Positions 1-8,987 of a stretch of 24,000 nt of DNA are shown in pieces. A program made the translations under genes and the position numbers. The stretch is from Candidatus Pelagisphaera sp. (lineage in GTDB: Bacteria; Verrucomicrobiota; Verrucomicrobiia; Opitutales; Opitutaceae), in the NCBI GenBank assembly GCA_965655705.1, contig CBFHHM010000008.1, positions 77,175 through 101,174 on the forward strand, written 5' to 3'. Numbering within the stretch: the stretch's first letter is position 1; each line of letters opens with the position of its first letter. Under the pieces are notes generated by a model that was given only the letters and a program-made list of their open reading frames with translations, was not told the origin of the DNA and ran no database searches.

Positions 1-123
1 ATGGAGATAATGTCGTACTTAGTCCTGGCTTCGCGAGCTTCGATATGTTTGAAAGCTATTCGGATAGAGGAGAAGTTTTTAGAAAGGCCATTGACTGTTT
101 ACGATCGGAAAGGAGCACGAACG

Positions 124-1338
124 ATGACTGACTTTTTTGGAAGAGAGCGGAATATGAATTTGATTCGAATTGGGATAATCGCAGGCGCCCATATCTTTGT
201 GTTGGGTATCGTTTACTTGGTAAGCGGAATCGGAGGAAGCGAAGCGAGCGACGAACGCATTGCGACTGCAGGGGCGAACGGCTTGGTGACTTGGTCCAAT
301 AAGGACCCAGGCGCCCAATCCACGACGGTTTCGCCAAGCGGAGGCATCGATTCGCGAGCAGCGGATTTGGATGGCTTCAACGCGGGGGATGCTATTCTCG
401 AAGCAAGGACCGGCGCTCCGCAGATATCGAGTCGCAAACGCTTCGCGCCTACGCGGCCTGGAGGCTCTCCCGGGGTCGCCCCGCCTGCCAATCCTAGCGT
501 CGACAGCGCTTTCAACGATGGACCTGTTTTTTCCAGCGAACAAGGGGGCGCTTATCAGCAGCCTAGCAGCATTGTCGCTTCGCAATCATCGTCACAGGTA
601 ATTCGATACACGGTGAAGGGTGGCGATAGCTTGTGGGGAATTGCGACTCGCTTTAAGGTGAAAATTGACGAGCTCTATGCGGTCAATCCGGGCTTGAATG
701 TGAATATTCAACCGGGACAGACCTTGAATGTGCCGCGCCAAACATCGACCGCTCCGATGGCCAGTCCCCCTGCCTCCAGTATTCCTAAAATAGAGGGGTC
801 GACCTATACGGTCAAAAGCGGCGATTCTCTTTCCCGTATCGCCGCTAGGCAGAGCGTTACGTTGAGCGCCTTGCGGGCGGCTAATAACTTGTCGGGAGAT
901 TTGATTCGAGTGGGGCAGGAACTGATTATACCAAGTGGGGGCGGTGGCGTTTCGGGCGCTCAGACGAACGTAGGGCGGCGCAAGCAAGGTCTCCAGGTGG
1001 TGGTCGCTCAAGGCGACACGATTTCGTCGATAGCGATACGCTACAATGTTTCCGCGGCGGATTTGATCGTCTACAACGATATCGAGAATCCTCGTTTGAT
1101 TAATCCGGGGCAAACGTTGCTCATTCCGTCGAGTGGGGGAAACGTTTCCCAGCCAGTTAGTTCGCAGGCGAACAGTCAACCGGTTCCAAGAAGCGCCCGC
1201 CAGGCTATCGAGCGGCCGGCGGCTCAATCGCTGCCAACGCTGCCGCAGCGCGACGAACCGTTGCTTTTAGTCGACGAGGATGATACGCTGACCGATGAGA
1301 GTTTGATCGAGCAACCGGTTATCCCCATAGAGGAATAG
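124..1338 (+). CDS. Membrane-anchored peptidoglycan-binding protein with three LysM repeats
   Basis: Long frame-1 ORF (track 1..1338). I place the start at ATG 124 because AAGGAG lies at 110-115, 8 nt upstream; ATG 154 is an alternative. It has a hydrophobic anchor (IRIGIIAGAHIFVLGIVYLV) and a Pro/Ser/Gly-rich linker. Three LysM-like repeats follow: YTVKGGDSLWGIATRF...GQTLNVP (~601-735), YTVKSGDSLSRIAARQ...GQELIIP (~802-935) and VVVAQGDTISSIAIRY...GQTLLIP (~991-1128). Confidence 0.8.
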   Translation: MTDFFGRERNMNLIRIGIIAGAHIFVLGIVYLVSGIGGSEASDERIATAGANGLVTWSNKDPGAQSTTVSPSGGIDSRAADLDGFNAGDAILEARTGAPQISSRKRFAPTRPGGSPGVAPPANPSVDSAFNDGPVFSSEQGGAYQQPSSIVASQSSSQVIRYTVKGGDSLWGIATRFKVKIDELYAVNPGLNVNIQPGQTLNVPRQTSTAPMASPPASSIPKIEGSTYTVKSGDSLSRIAARQSVTLSALRAANNLSGDLIRVGQELIIPSGGGGVSGAQTNVGRRKQGLQVVVAQGDTISSIAIRYNVSAADLIVYNDIENPRLINPGQTLLIPSSGGNVSQPVSSQANSQPVPRSARQAIERPAAQSLPTLPQRDEPLLLVDEDDTLTDESLIEQPVIPIEE

Positions 1339-1367
1339 ATTCATTCGTATCCAGTTTCTCGTTGCTT

Positions 1368-2531
1368 ATGGCAAATCGAAAGCGGAAAGACAGTCATACG
1401 GGGCACTTGGGAATTATCAACCCTGCGGTCGCGATTGTGGTCTGCGTATTCGCTCTGGCTATGCTTGGCGTCTCGATTCTTTTCAGCGCAAGTTTACCGG
1501 TCGATGCGGATGACCCGTACCGCATTATCGAGAAGCAAGCCATGTGGATGGGGATTACCTTCGTTGCGGGATTGCTGGCTCTGAAAGTCGACTTGGAGTG
1601 GTTTCGCAAAAGCATTTGGGTCGTCTACGGGATATGCGTGCTGGGTCTGGTTTTGGTTCTCATTCCCGGAATCGGGTCCGTGGTCAATGGGAGCCGAAGC
1701 TGGTTTCGATTCGGTCCATTCGGATTGCAGATCGCAGAATTCGCCAAGTTGGGCTTAGTCTTCTTCCTGGCCCATTACTTTAGCTTGATTCGAAAGGAGT
1801 CGAATACCTTTTGGAAGGGCTTCGTCATTCCTTGTTCGGGTATTGGATTGGTGGTGGGGCTTATCATGCTTCAAACCGACCTCGGAACGGCCTTGATTAT
1901 TTCGATGGTCAGCTTTTGCCTGCTATTTCTGGCCGGGACCAATTTCTTCTACCTCGTAGGCTCGGCAATTGGAGGAATTGGCGCCGCGGCGCTCCTGATT
2001 TCTCGCGATGCGGAACGGCTAAGTCGACTGACCGCGTTCATGGATATGGAAGGAAACAAGTCAGGGGATGCCTATCAAGTTTGGCAGGCGATACTCGCAT
2101 TCGCTGCGGGCGGCGTCGAGGGCGTTGGAGCGGGCAATGGACGGCAGCAGCTTCGTTCTTTGCCTGAAGCGCACACCGATTTCATTTTTGCGATCGTAGG
2201 CGAGGAGTTGGGGTTAATCGCGACGATGGCAGTTGTACTCGTGTTCGCGGCGCTTTTTATTGCAGGACTTTTTCATCTGCGCAAAGCGCCGAATACCTAT
2301 CAGTTTCTACTGGCTTCGGGATGTTTGTTAACGATCAGCGTACAAGCGTTGGTAAATCTGGGAGTTGTGACCGGATCGTTGCCGACCACTGGATTGCCCC
2401 TTCCGTTCATAAGCTACGGCGGGTCGAATTTTCTCGTTATGGGACTGTGCGTCGCCTTGATTCTCAACACGAGCCTCGCTTGGCGAGAGCCTGTTCTGAA
2501 CGATTCCAAGCGACGATTGAAGGAAATTTGA
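1368..2531 (+). CDS. ftsW: SEDS-family cell-division peptidoglycan polymerase FtsW
   Basis: Polytopic membrane protein with SEDS hallmarks PEAHTDFIFAIVGEELG and GLPLPFISYGGSN. It sits directly upstream of murG: stop TGA 2529-2531 abuts murG ATG 2532. The track ORF starts at TTG 1362; ATG 1368 is two codons later and I cannot discriminate between them. Confidence 0.92.
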   Translation: MANRKRKDSHTGHLGIINPAVAIVVCVFALAMLGVSILFSASLPVDADDPYRIIEKQAMWMGITFVAGLLALKVDLEWFRKSIWVVYGICVLGLVLVLIPGIGSVVNGSRSWFRFGPFGLQIAEFAKLGLVFFLAHYFSLIRKESNTFWKGFVIPCSGIGLVVGLIMLQTDLGTALIISMVSFCLLFLAGTNFFYLVGSAIGGIGAAALLISRDAERLSRLTAFMDMEGNKSGDAYQVWQAILAFAAGGVEGVGAGNGRQQLRSLPEAHTDFIFAIVGEELGLIATMAVVLVFAALFIAGLFHLRKAPNTYQFLLASGCLLTISVQALVNLGVVTGSLPTTGLPLPFISYGGSNFLVMGLCVALILNTSLAWREPVLNDSKRRLKEI

Positions 2532-3653
2532 ATGAGACGAGCTCTGATCGCATGCGGAGGAACGGGGGGACATTTGGCGCCCGGTATCGCCCTCGCCGAG
2601 GAGCTTGAGTCAAGGGGGTGGCAATGCGAGCTGCTAATCAGCCAGAAGCAGGTGGATGCATTGCTGATTAAGAGATATTCGCGATTCGAATACGCATCGA
2701 TACCTGGAAGCGGCTTTAATCGTTCGCCACTTGGCTTCGCGCGTTTTCTTCGCGATCTAGTCGGGGGGATCCGCCAATGTTCTCGGATCATTAGGCTGAG
2801 GCGCCCCGATGTCGTAATTAGTTTCGGCGGATTTTTGTCCGCATCGGCTTTAATTGCAGGAAAGCGGCATCGCCTGCCCGTCGCCTTGCACGAGGCTAAC
2901 CGTATCCCGGGAAAGGTGACCCGCTTGGCCAGTCGCTTCGCCGATCGCGTTTATCTTCCCGAAGGCGTTGCAATCCGGGCTGCGATTTCAAAGTCGAAGT
3001 CGGTGGGTATGCCCTTGCGGAGCGAAATCGTTCGGATGCCGCGCGCCGATGCCAAGGACGAGCTTGGGTTGGACTCCAAGCGGCCGCTTCTTGTGGTCAT
3101 TGGAGGCAGCCAAGGCGCTCGGTCATTGAATCTTTGGTTCGAACGAGAGCGCGAGGGCCTAGCGCGTCGTTCGATTCAGACGATTTGCGTCTCGGGCGAT
3201 CGAAGCGCTGATGAGCGAAGATGGACCTACGTTTCTAGTGAAGGGGTATCCATCGAAGCGCGAGCGATCGGTTTTTGCGATCGAATGGCTCTCTTGCTGT
3301 CGGCAGCGAATCTGACTGTCTCAAGATCGGGCGCGGGTAGTATCGCCGAAATTCTTCGTTGCCGCGTTCCATCCATCCTGGTCCCGTATCCCTACGCGGC
3401 TGACAATCATCAGTGGTACAATGCGAAGCAGCTTTCCGATCGGGGAGCGGCTCGATTATGGATGGGCGAGGAGATTGATTCGCTGACCGATATCGTTCTG
3501 GAAATGATAGGGGATGAACGGCGTTTGCAAACGATCGAAAATCATATGGGAGAATTGGATACTGTAGATGCGAGAGTGGCGCTAGCGGATGACTTGGAAC
3601 GTTTTCTCTATCCTGCCCTGGCTGCGAGCGGAAAGGAGATCGCTCAGGCGTGA
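2532..3653 (+). CDS. murG: UDP-GlcNAc:lipid I GlcNAc transferase MurG
   Basis: N-terminal ACGGTGGHLAPGIALAEEL (the GGTGGH motif of MurG), then VIGGSQGA and SRSGAGSIAEI in the C-terminal half. Canonical position between ftsW and murC. The stop overlaps the next start (GTGA at 3650-3653). Confidence 0.93.
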   Translation: MRRALIACGGTGGHLAPGIALAEELESRGWQCELLISQKQVDALLIKRYSRFEYASIPGSGFNRSPLGFARFLRDLVGGIRQCSRIIRLRRPDVVISFGGFLSASALIAGKRHRLPVALHEANRIPGKVTRLASRFADRVYLPEGVAIRAAISKSKSVGMPLRSEIVRMPRADAKDELGLDSKRPLLVVIGGSQGARSLNLWFEREREGLARRSIQTICVSGDRSADERRWTYVSSEGVSIEARAIGFCDRMALLLSAANLTVSRSGAGSIAEILRCRVPSILVPYPYAADNHQWYNAKQLSDRGAARLWMGEEIDSLTDIVLEMIGDERRLQTIENHMGELDTVDARVALADDLERFLYPALAASGKEIAQA

Positions 3654-5878
3654 CGGAACTATCCATGAATGAGTTGCCCAAGCGAGTTCACTTGCTGGGC
3701 GTTTCCGGAGCGGGCATGCTTCCGCTTGCTATTTGCCTTTCTCAAGCGGGTTTCGAGACCAGCGGGGAAGACGATGCGATGAGCGAGCAGGCTCGATATT
3801 GGCTAGAAAAATCGGACGTCGCCTTGCGAGCGCTCGAACGCGCGGAGGGACATCATTGGATTGTCCATTCCTCTGCGATCTCCGAAGATCATCCCGTTAT
3901 CAGGGAGGCTCGGCAACGCGATTTCGTGGTTTTGAGACGAGGCGAATGCCTCGCTCTTCTCGCAAGGGAGAAGCGCTTGCTGGCAATTGGGGGGTCGCAT
4001 GGGAAAACCACTGCCTGCGGTATGGCCATCGATATTTTTCGTCAGAGCGGGGAAGAGCCTTGCTTTGCGATGGGGGGACTTTTTGGAGATAATAGCCCTC
4101 CGGGCGCCTGGAATGAATCCGATTGGTTGATTGCCGAAGTCGATGAGAGCGATGGTACGATCGAGGAATTCGATCCGGAGATCGCGATTATCGTGAATGC
4201 CGATTGGGATCACCACAGTCGTTACTCGAGCGAAGGCGCTTATTTCGAGACATTCAAACGATTGGCGAATCGCACTCGGTCGCGAACGATCGCCCACCGT
4301 AGTTTGGAAGGCATCCTTTCCGGTTCGTCAGACTCGATCGTGTATCCAAGCGCGGAGGAGGTCGAGGCGATCGATTCGAATGCTTCTGGGGATTTCAATC
4401 GGGAGAATGCTGCCTTGGCTTTGCGAGCGATTTTGGAAACGAGCAGGCGTCTGGACCCGGCTACCTATTTCGAGTTCTCGCGAATCGAGCGGCGACAAGG
4501 TATTTCATTTAGATCGCCTACGACGATCGTAGTGGAAGATTACGCCCATCACCCGAGAGAGATCGAAGCTTTGGCCGGGTTGCTAAAGACCGTTGAAGCG
4601 AAGCGATCGATCGCAGTCTTTCAGCCGCACCGCTATTCCCGCACACGTTATTTGAAGGACGAGCTGGCCGAGGCGCTGGCTCGCTTCGATTCGGTATATT
4701 TACTGGATGTTTATGCGGCGTCGGAAAGCCCTTTGGAAGGGGGAAGCGGGAAGGATTTGCATGAGGCGTGCCAGAGCCGGGTTGAGCGGTGCCTCTTTTT
4801 CGAAACGAACGAATCCTTGCTGCGAACGCTAGGCAACGAAGTCGATGGGGTGGGCCATTGCCTCATCGCCTTTATCGGCGCGGGCGTGACGAACGAGTTG
4901 TCGGCGATTTACGCGGATCATCTCGCGTCGCAAGACCCGAGGTGGGGACGGTTCGATCGCGAGGTGGGCCGCCATTCCAGCTTGCGTTCGAAAATTCGGG
5001 CCAATGAGCCTTTGGCGAACAAGACCACTTTGCGTGTGGGCGGTACGGCTGAACGGTATTTGGAACCGAGTAGCGTGAGCGAGCTGCAGGCAGCCTTGCT
5101 CGTCTGCAAGGAAGAGGGAATCGCGGTGTATCCACTTGGGAGAGGATCGAACCTGATTGTACCCGATTCGGGGGTACAAGGATTGGTAGTGCGATTATCC
5201 CAATCCTATTGGCGTCGCATTAAACGCATGGGCGACGACCGATTGAGAGTCGGAGCGGGACTCCGGATAAAGGAACTGTGTGGTCAGGCGTGTCGCGAAG
5301 GCTTGGAAGGTTTCGAGTTTCTGGAGGGAATACCGGGAAGCGTCGGGGGCGCCTTAAGAATGAATGCAGGCGCCATGGGCGGTTGGATGTTCGACGTGGT
5401 GGAGAGCGTGCGATTTCTAACGATGGACGGCGTCGTCATTGAAGCGAAGCCGGACGAGTTGGAGGTTGGGTACAGACACTGTCGCGAGCTGGAATCGGCG
5501 ATCGCTTTGGACGCGGTTCTAAAGCCTACCTCGATTGGGGCGAGCGAGGCGGCGCTTCGGAAGGCTATCGATGTCTATCAATCGAAGCGTAAGGAAAGCC
5601 AGCCTAGGGAGCCGAGCGCCGGTTGCATTTTCAAGAATCCGGAAGACGACTCGGCGGGACGATTGGTTGAGGAATTAGGCTTGAAAGGAACGGCGATTGG
5701 CGGCGCGGAGATAAGCGAAACGCACGGGAATTTCATTGTGAATCGCGGGGGAGCGACAAGCTCGGATGTAATAGAGTTGGTAAGGCTGGCTAGACGGGAG
5801 GCGAAACGACGCCGTTCTATCGATTTGGAGCCGGAAGCCTTGCTCTATGGAAGCAGTTGGAAGGAGGTTCTCTCATGA
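3650..5878 (+). CDS. murC-murB: Fused UDP-MurNAc:L-alanine ligase (MurC, N-terminal) and UDP-N-acetylenolpyruvoylglucosamine reductase (MurB, C-terminal)
   Basis: One uninterrupted 742-codon frame. MurC part (~3650-4930): HLLGVSGAGM, P-loop GGSHGKTT, AEVDESDGT, DYAHHP. MurB part (~4980-5878): NEPLANKTTLRVGGTAERYLEP, PLGRGSNLIV, GIPGSVGGALRMNAGAMGG, SAGCIFKNP, ETHGNFIVN. The start is GTG 3650 or ATG 3665. The stop TGA 5876-5878 overlaps ddl ATG 5875. Confidence 0.9.
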   Translation: MTELSMNELPKRVHLLGVSGAGMLPLAICLSQAGFETSGEDDAMSEQARYWLEKSDVALRALERAEGHHWIVHSSAISEDHPVIREARQRDFVVLRRGECLALLAREKRLLAIGGSHGKTTACGMAIDIFRQSGEEPCFAMGGLFGDNSPPGAWNESDWLIAEVDESDGTIEEFDPEIAIIVNADWDHHSRYSSEGAYFETFKRLANRTRSRTIAHRSLEGILSGSSDSIVYPSAEEVEAIDSNASGDFNRENAALALRAILETSRRLDPATYFEFSRIERRQGISFRSPTTIVVEDYAHHPREIEALAGLLKTVEAKRSIAVFQPHRYSRTRYLKDELAEALARFDSVYLLDVYAASESPLEGGSGKDLHEACQSRVERCLFFETNESLLRTLGNEVDGVGHCLIAFIGAGVTNELSAIYADHLASQDPRWGRFDREVGRHSSLRSKIRANEPLANKTTLRVGGTAERYLEPSSVSELQAALLVCKEEGIAVYPLGRGSNLIVPDSGVQGLVVRLSQSYWRRIKRMGDDRLRVGAGLRIKELCGQACREGLEGFEFLEGIPGSVGGALRMNAGAMGGWMFDVVESVRFLTMDGVVIEAKPDELEVGYRHCRELESAIALDAVLKPTSIGASEAALRKAIDVYQSKRKESQPREPSAGCIFKNPEDDSAGRLVEELGLKGTAIGGAEISETHGNFIVNRGGATSSDVIELVRLARREAKRRRSIDLEPEALLYGSSWKEVLS

Positions 5879-6807
5879 AGGAATCGCCTCGAATCGCGGT
5901 TGTATGCGGCGGTGTCTCCCAAGAGCGTTCCGTTTCGATCGGCTCGGGCAAGGCCTCGGCCCGCGGGCTCGCTCAACACTTCAAAGTCGATTTCGTGGAA
6001 TTGTCGGAGGAGGCTTTGCCGCCTATTCTCGCTCCCGAACGGCACGTGGTATTTTCGACATTGCATGGGTCCTTCGGAGAAGATGGAGGGTTCCAGGAGA
6101 TGCTCGACGAAGCTGGATTCGAATACGCGGGGTGCGATCGAGCGAGCAGCGCCTTGACCTTCGATAAGGCGAGGACCAAGGATGCGCTTGCGGCGGCGGG
6201 CGTTCCCGTTGCCGCGCAAATTGAATTCGATCGCAGCGCCGTTCCCGATCCGCAGTCTGTACTCGACCGATTGGGCCCAGCGGTCGCGCTCAAGCCGATT
6301 TGCCAGGGGAGCAGCATCGGGCTGAGTTTCGCGACGAATCTTCGAGAATTGGAGGAGGCGCTTTCCGATTTGCCCTTCGAGAGGTGGATGATCGAGCCGC
6401 TGATCGTTGGAAAGGAAGTGTCCGTAGGCGTGCTGGAAGGCGAGCCTCTTGAAATTGTTGAAATTCGACCCAAGTCGGGGAAATTCGACTACGAAAGCAA
6501 GTATACGAGCGGGCTGACGGATTACATTGTTCCGGCCCCTCTTTCGAAGGATCTTGAAAAAAAGGTAAAGAGTATCGCTGCCGACGCTTTTTTAGCGTGT
6601 GGATGCCGCGACTACGGTAGAGTGGATTTCATGATAGATGAGGAAGACAACCCATTCGTGTTGGAGTTGAATACGCTTCCCGGCATGAAGGATACGAGTC
6701 TTTTGCCCATGTCGGCGGGAGCATGCGGCATAAATTTCGAGAGCTTGTTGAAAAAGCTGGTAGCTCCAGCGATTATGCGTTTTCAAAATAGGTATTCAAT
6801 CTGTTGA
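5875..6807 (+). CDS. ddl: D-alanine--D-alanine ligase
   Basis: Motifs: RIAVVCGGVSQERSVSIGSG, HGSFGEDGGFQEMLD, KPICQGSSIG and ELNTLPGM (ATP-grasp Ddl signatures). I prefer ATG 5875, with GGAAGGAGG at 5859-5867, over the track's TTG 5857. Confidence 0.92.
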   Translation: MKESPRIAVVCGGVSQERSVSIGSGKASARGLAQHFKVDFVELSEEALPPILAPERHVVFSTLHGSFGEDGGFQEMLDEAGFEYAGCDRASSALTFDKARTKDALAAAGVPVAAQIEFDRSAVPDPQSVLDRLGPAVALKPICQGSSIGLSFATNLRELEEALSDLPFERWMIEPLIVGKEVSVGVLEGEPLEIVEIRPKSGKFDYESKYTSGLTDYIVPAPLSKDLEKKVKSIAADAFLACGCRDYGRVDFMIDEEDNPFVLELNTLPGMKDTSLLPMSAGACGINFESLLKKLVAPAIMRFQNRYSIC

Positions 6808-6808
6808 T

Positions 6809-7711
6809 ATGGCCACTAAGAAAGCAGCTAAAACCGCCCGTAAATCGAAAAGCTGGAAAGATATCGACCAAGACGTAAGGGCAAAGAGCATTAGTTCGAC
6901 CGCATTGAAGCGCCTGATGCTAGCGCGGTGTCGAAACGCAGTTTTAGTCCTGGTGGCGATTGCGGCGATCGCAGGAGCGGCCAAGCTTCTTATGATGAGG
7001 GGAGACTTTACGGAAGCGCTTACCGAAGCGGGCCGAGCGTTGCCCCTCAAGGCGATTGAGACGACGAGCGATGCCTTGGACCGAGAATGGATTTTGGATT
7101 ACTTGGATCTGAATAGGGAAGAGTTGAATCTTCTCAGTTTCGATCTAGCCGACATGAAATCGCGCTTGGAGGCCTATCCGCAGATTCGCCGCGCCGAGCT
7201 AGCGCGCCAATTGCCCGATACGCTATATATTTCGATTGAAGAGCGAGAGCCCATTGCCAAAGCGCTGGCGGCGGATGTCGAACGAGGCCGCATAACGCTT
7301 TTGGTGGACCGGTATGGAGTGGTCTGGGAAGGCCTTGGCTACGATCGCAAACGCATTCAATCCCTCCCTTTTTTGGACGGAATTCGACTCAAGAGAGTAG
7401 ACGGTCAGTTCGAGCGGATTAAAGGCATGGAGGTCGTCGATGGACTCTTGAGCGAGGCTCGGGAGCTGGCCCCGCATTTGTACAGCTCTTGGAAAGTGGT
7501 CTCGTTGGAGTCGTGGCCGAATCTCATCGTAAAGAGCGAGTTCGCCCGGGAGGCGGTATTCGAATCCAATTCCAAGGGATACCGTCGGCAATTGGCGGAA
7601 CTCGATTATATCATCGATCATCATAGAAGCCGCTCAGTGAGCCAGGTCGCTCGAGTCGATTTGACGATGAATGCTCAGGTTCCGGTGACTCAGGCGACCG
7701 CGTTCAGATGA
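6809..7711 (+). CDS. ftsQ: Cell-division protein FtsQ (POTRA-containing, bitopic)
   Basis: Lies between ddl and ftsA. It has a basic N-terminus, a single TM (AVLVLVAIAAIAGAAKLLMM) and a POTRA-like segment (IRRAELARQLPDTLYISIEEREPIAKAL). Sequence similarity is weak, as is usual for FtsQ, so the call rests mostly on synteny and topology. Confidence 0.75.
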   Translation: MATKKAAKTARKSKSWKDIDQDVRAKSISSTALKRLMLARCRNAVLVLVAIAAIAGAAKLLMMRGDFTEALTEAGRALPLKAIETTSDALDREWILDYLDLNREELNLLSFDLADMKSRLEAYPQIRRAELARQLPDTLYISIEEREPIAKALAADVERGRITLLVDRYGVVWEGLGYDRKRIQSLPFLDGIRLKRVDGQFERIKGMEVVDGLLSEARELAPHLYSSWKVVSLESWPNLIVKSEFAREAVFESNSKGYRRQLAELDYIIDHHRSRSVSQVARVDLTMNAQVPVTQATAFR

Positions 7712-7764
7712 CGGTTTGCGATTGGACTACGTGTTTCCGTTAGCATTTTAGAAGGAAAAGCAAG

Positions 7765-8970
7765 GTGTACAGATCCAAGGTAATCGCTGGAATAGAAATC
7801 GGAACGAGCAAGGTGGCGGTCTTGCTAGGAGAAATCGTCGAAGGGAAGAGTCTTAATATTATCGGCCTTGGGCAGAGTTCTTCAAAAGGCGTGCTCAAGG
7901 GGGATATCGTCGATTTTCACGCGGCAAGCGATTGCGCTCACGCGGCTATTCTTGCTGCGGAAGAGCAGGCGGGTGTAAAGATAGACGGTGTCTATTTGGC
8001 GGTTAGCGGAAGCGATGTGGAAGGTTTTGCGAGCGAGGCTTCGGTAAACGTCACTTCGGCAGATCGACGCGTTTCGAGCGAGGACATTGAGCAAGTCTCA
8101 AACCTGGCCAAGGGACGGGATCTACCTGAAGAGCGCGCGGTTATTCACCACTTGCGTCGTCCCTACCGGCTCGATGGGCGCACCGTTGAGAATCCTCTGA
8201 ATTTGGAAGGGGATCGACTGGAAGCGAGTTATTGGACGGCTCACGGGAATGCTCGCAAGATTGGGGACGCGATTCATATTATCAATGGGTTTAACTTGCA
8301 CGTCGACGATGTGATCCTTTCGGCCCTGGCGGCGGGTTCGGTTGTGGCGACGGAAGAAGAAAAGCAAAGCGGCTGTCTGGTTATCGATATTGGGCGAGGC
8401 GCTACCGACTACGCTGCGTATCAAGGTGGGAAGTGCGTCGTTGCCGGCAGTTTCCCGCTGGGCGGCGACCATATTTCGAACGATTTGAGTATTGGCCTGA
8501 GGATGCGACTCAAGCAGGCGGAGAGTCTCAAACGGCGCTACGGATCGGCTATTGTCGAGCACCGCGACAAGAGCGAAAAAGTTTGGCTCAACAACGATTT
8601 CGAAATTGGCGATAGGCCAATCCCGCTTTGGAGTATCGAGAAGACGATCGAGCTGCGGATGACCGAGATCTTCGAAGTCGTATCCAAGAAGCTTGGAGCC
8701 TATGGCAGGTCGGATCGATTGGGAGGTGGAGTGATCCTTTGCGGTGGCGGATCCAATCTGAGGAATATCGAGTCCTGTTGCGAAAACGTATTCGGGGCTC
8801 AAGCCCGACTTGGGGACAATGGAACGATGGCGACTGGAGATCTTCGCGAGTCGCAATACAGCGTGGCCTTGGGGTTGCTGCGATATGGACTTCAATACCA
8901 GAGTTCTCGCGAGGAATCGGAGTCCCAAGAGGCAGGATTTATCGGCCGCTTGAAAGGACTGTTTCGCTAG
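7765..8970 (+). CDS. ftsA: Cell-division protein FtsA (actin-like)
   Basis: GTG start. Actin-fold motifs are AGIEIGTSKV (phosphate 1), VIDIGRGATDYAAY (phosphate 2) and ILCGGGSNLRNI (adenosine). The C-terminal segment GFIGRLKGLFR looks like an amphipathic membrane-targeting helix. Lies directly upstream of ftsZ. Confidence 0.92.
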   Translation: MYRSKVIAGIEIGTSKVAVLLGEIVEGKSLNIIGLGQSSSKGVLKGDIVDFHAASDCAHAAILAAEEQAGVKIDGVYLAVSGSDVEGFASEASVNVTSADRRVSSEDIEQVSNLAKGRDLPEERAVIHHLRRPYRLDGRTVENPLNLEGDRLEASYWTAHGNARKIGDAIHIINGFNLHVDDVILSALAAGSVVATEEEKQSGCLVIDIGRGATDYAAYQGGKCVVAGSFPLGGDHISNDLSIGLRMRLKQAESLKRRYGSAIVEHRDKSEKVWLNNDFEIGDRPIPLWSIEKTIELRMTEIFEVVSKKLGAYGRSDRLGGGVILCGGGSNLRNIESCCENVFGAQARLGDNGTMATGDLRESQYSVALGLLRYGLQYQSSREESESQEAGFIGRLKGLFR

Positions 8971-8987
8971 TCGAATAGAGGGCGATC

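Noticed and set aside
1-123. The track ORF begins with ATG at position 1, which would add 41 residues to the LysM protein.
   Set aside because: The extension has no signal, TM or domain character. A strong AAGGAG lies 8 nt before ATG 124, which immediately precedes the membrane anchor. This stretch is more likely intergenic, or the tail of an upstream region outside the window.
592-1227. 211-aa antisense ORF inside the LysM gene.
   Set aside because: It is a shadow ORF opposite a well-supported gene, with an Arg-rich, low-information composition and no motifs.
8122-8928. 268-aa antisense ORF inside ftsA.
   Set aside because: It lies opposite a confidently identified ftsA and has no recognisable motifs. 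It is typical of antisense frames in GC-biased coding DNA.
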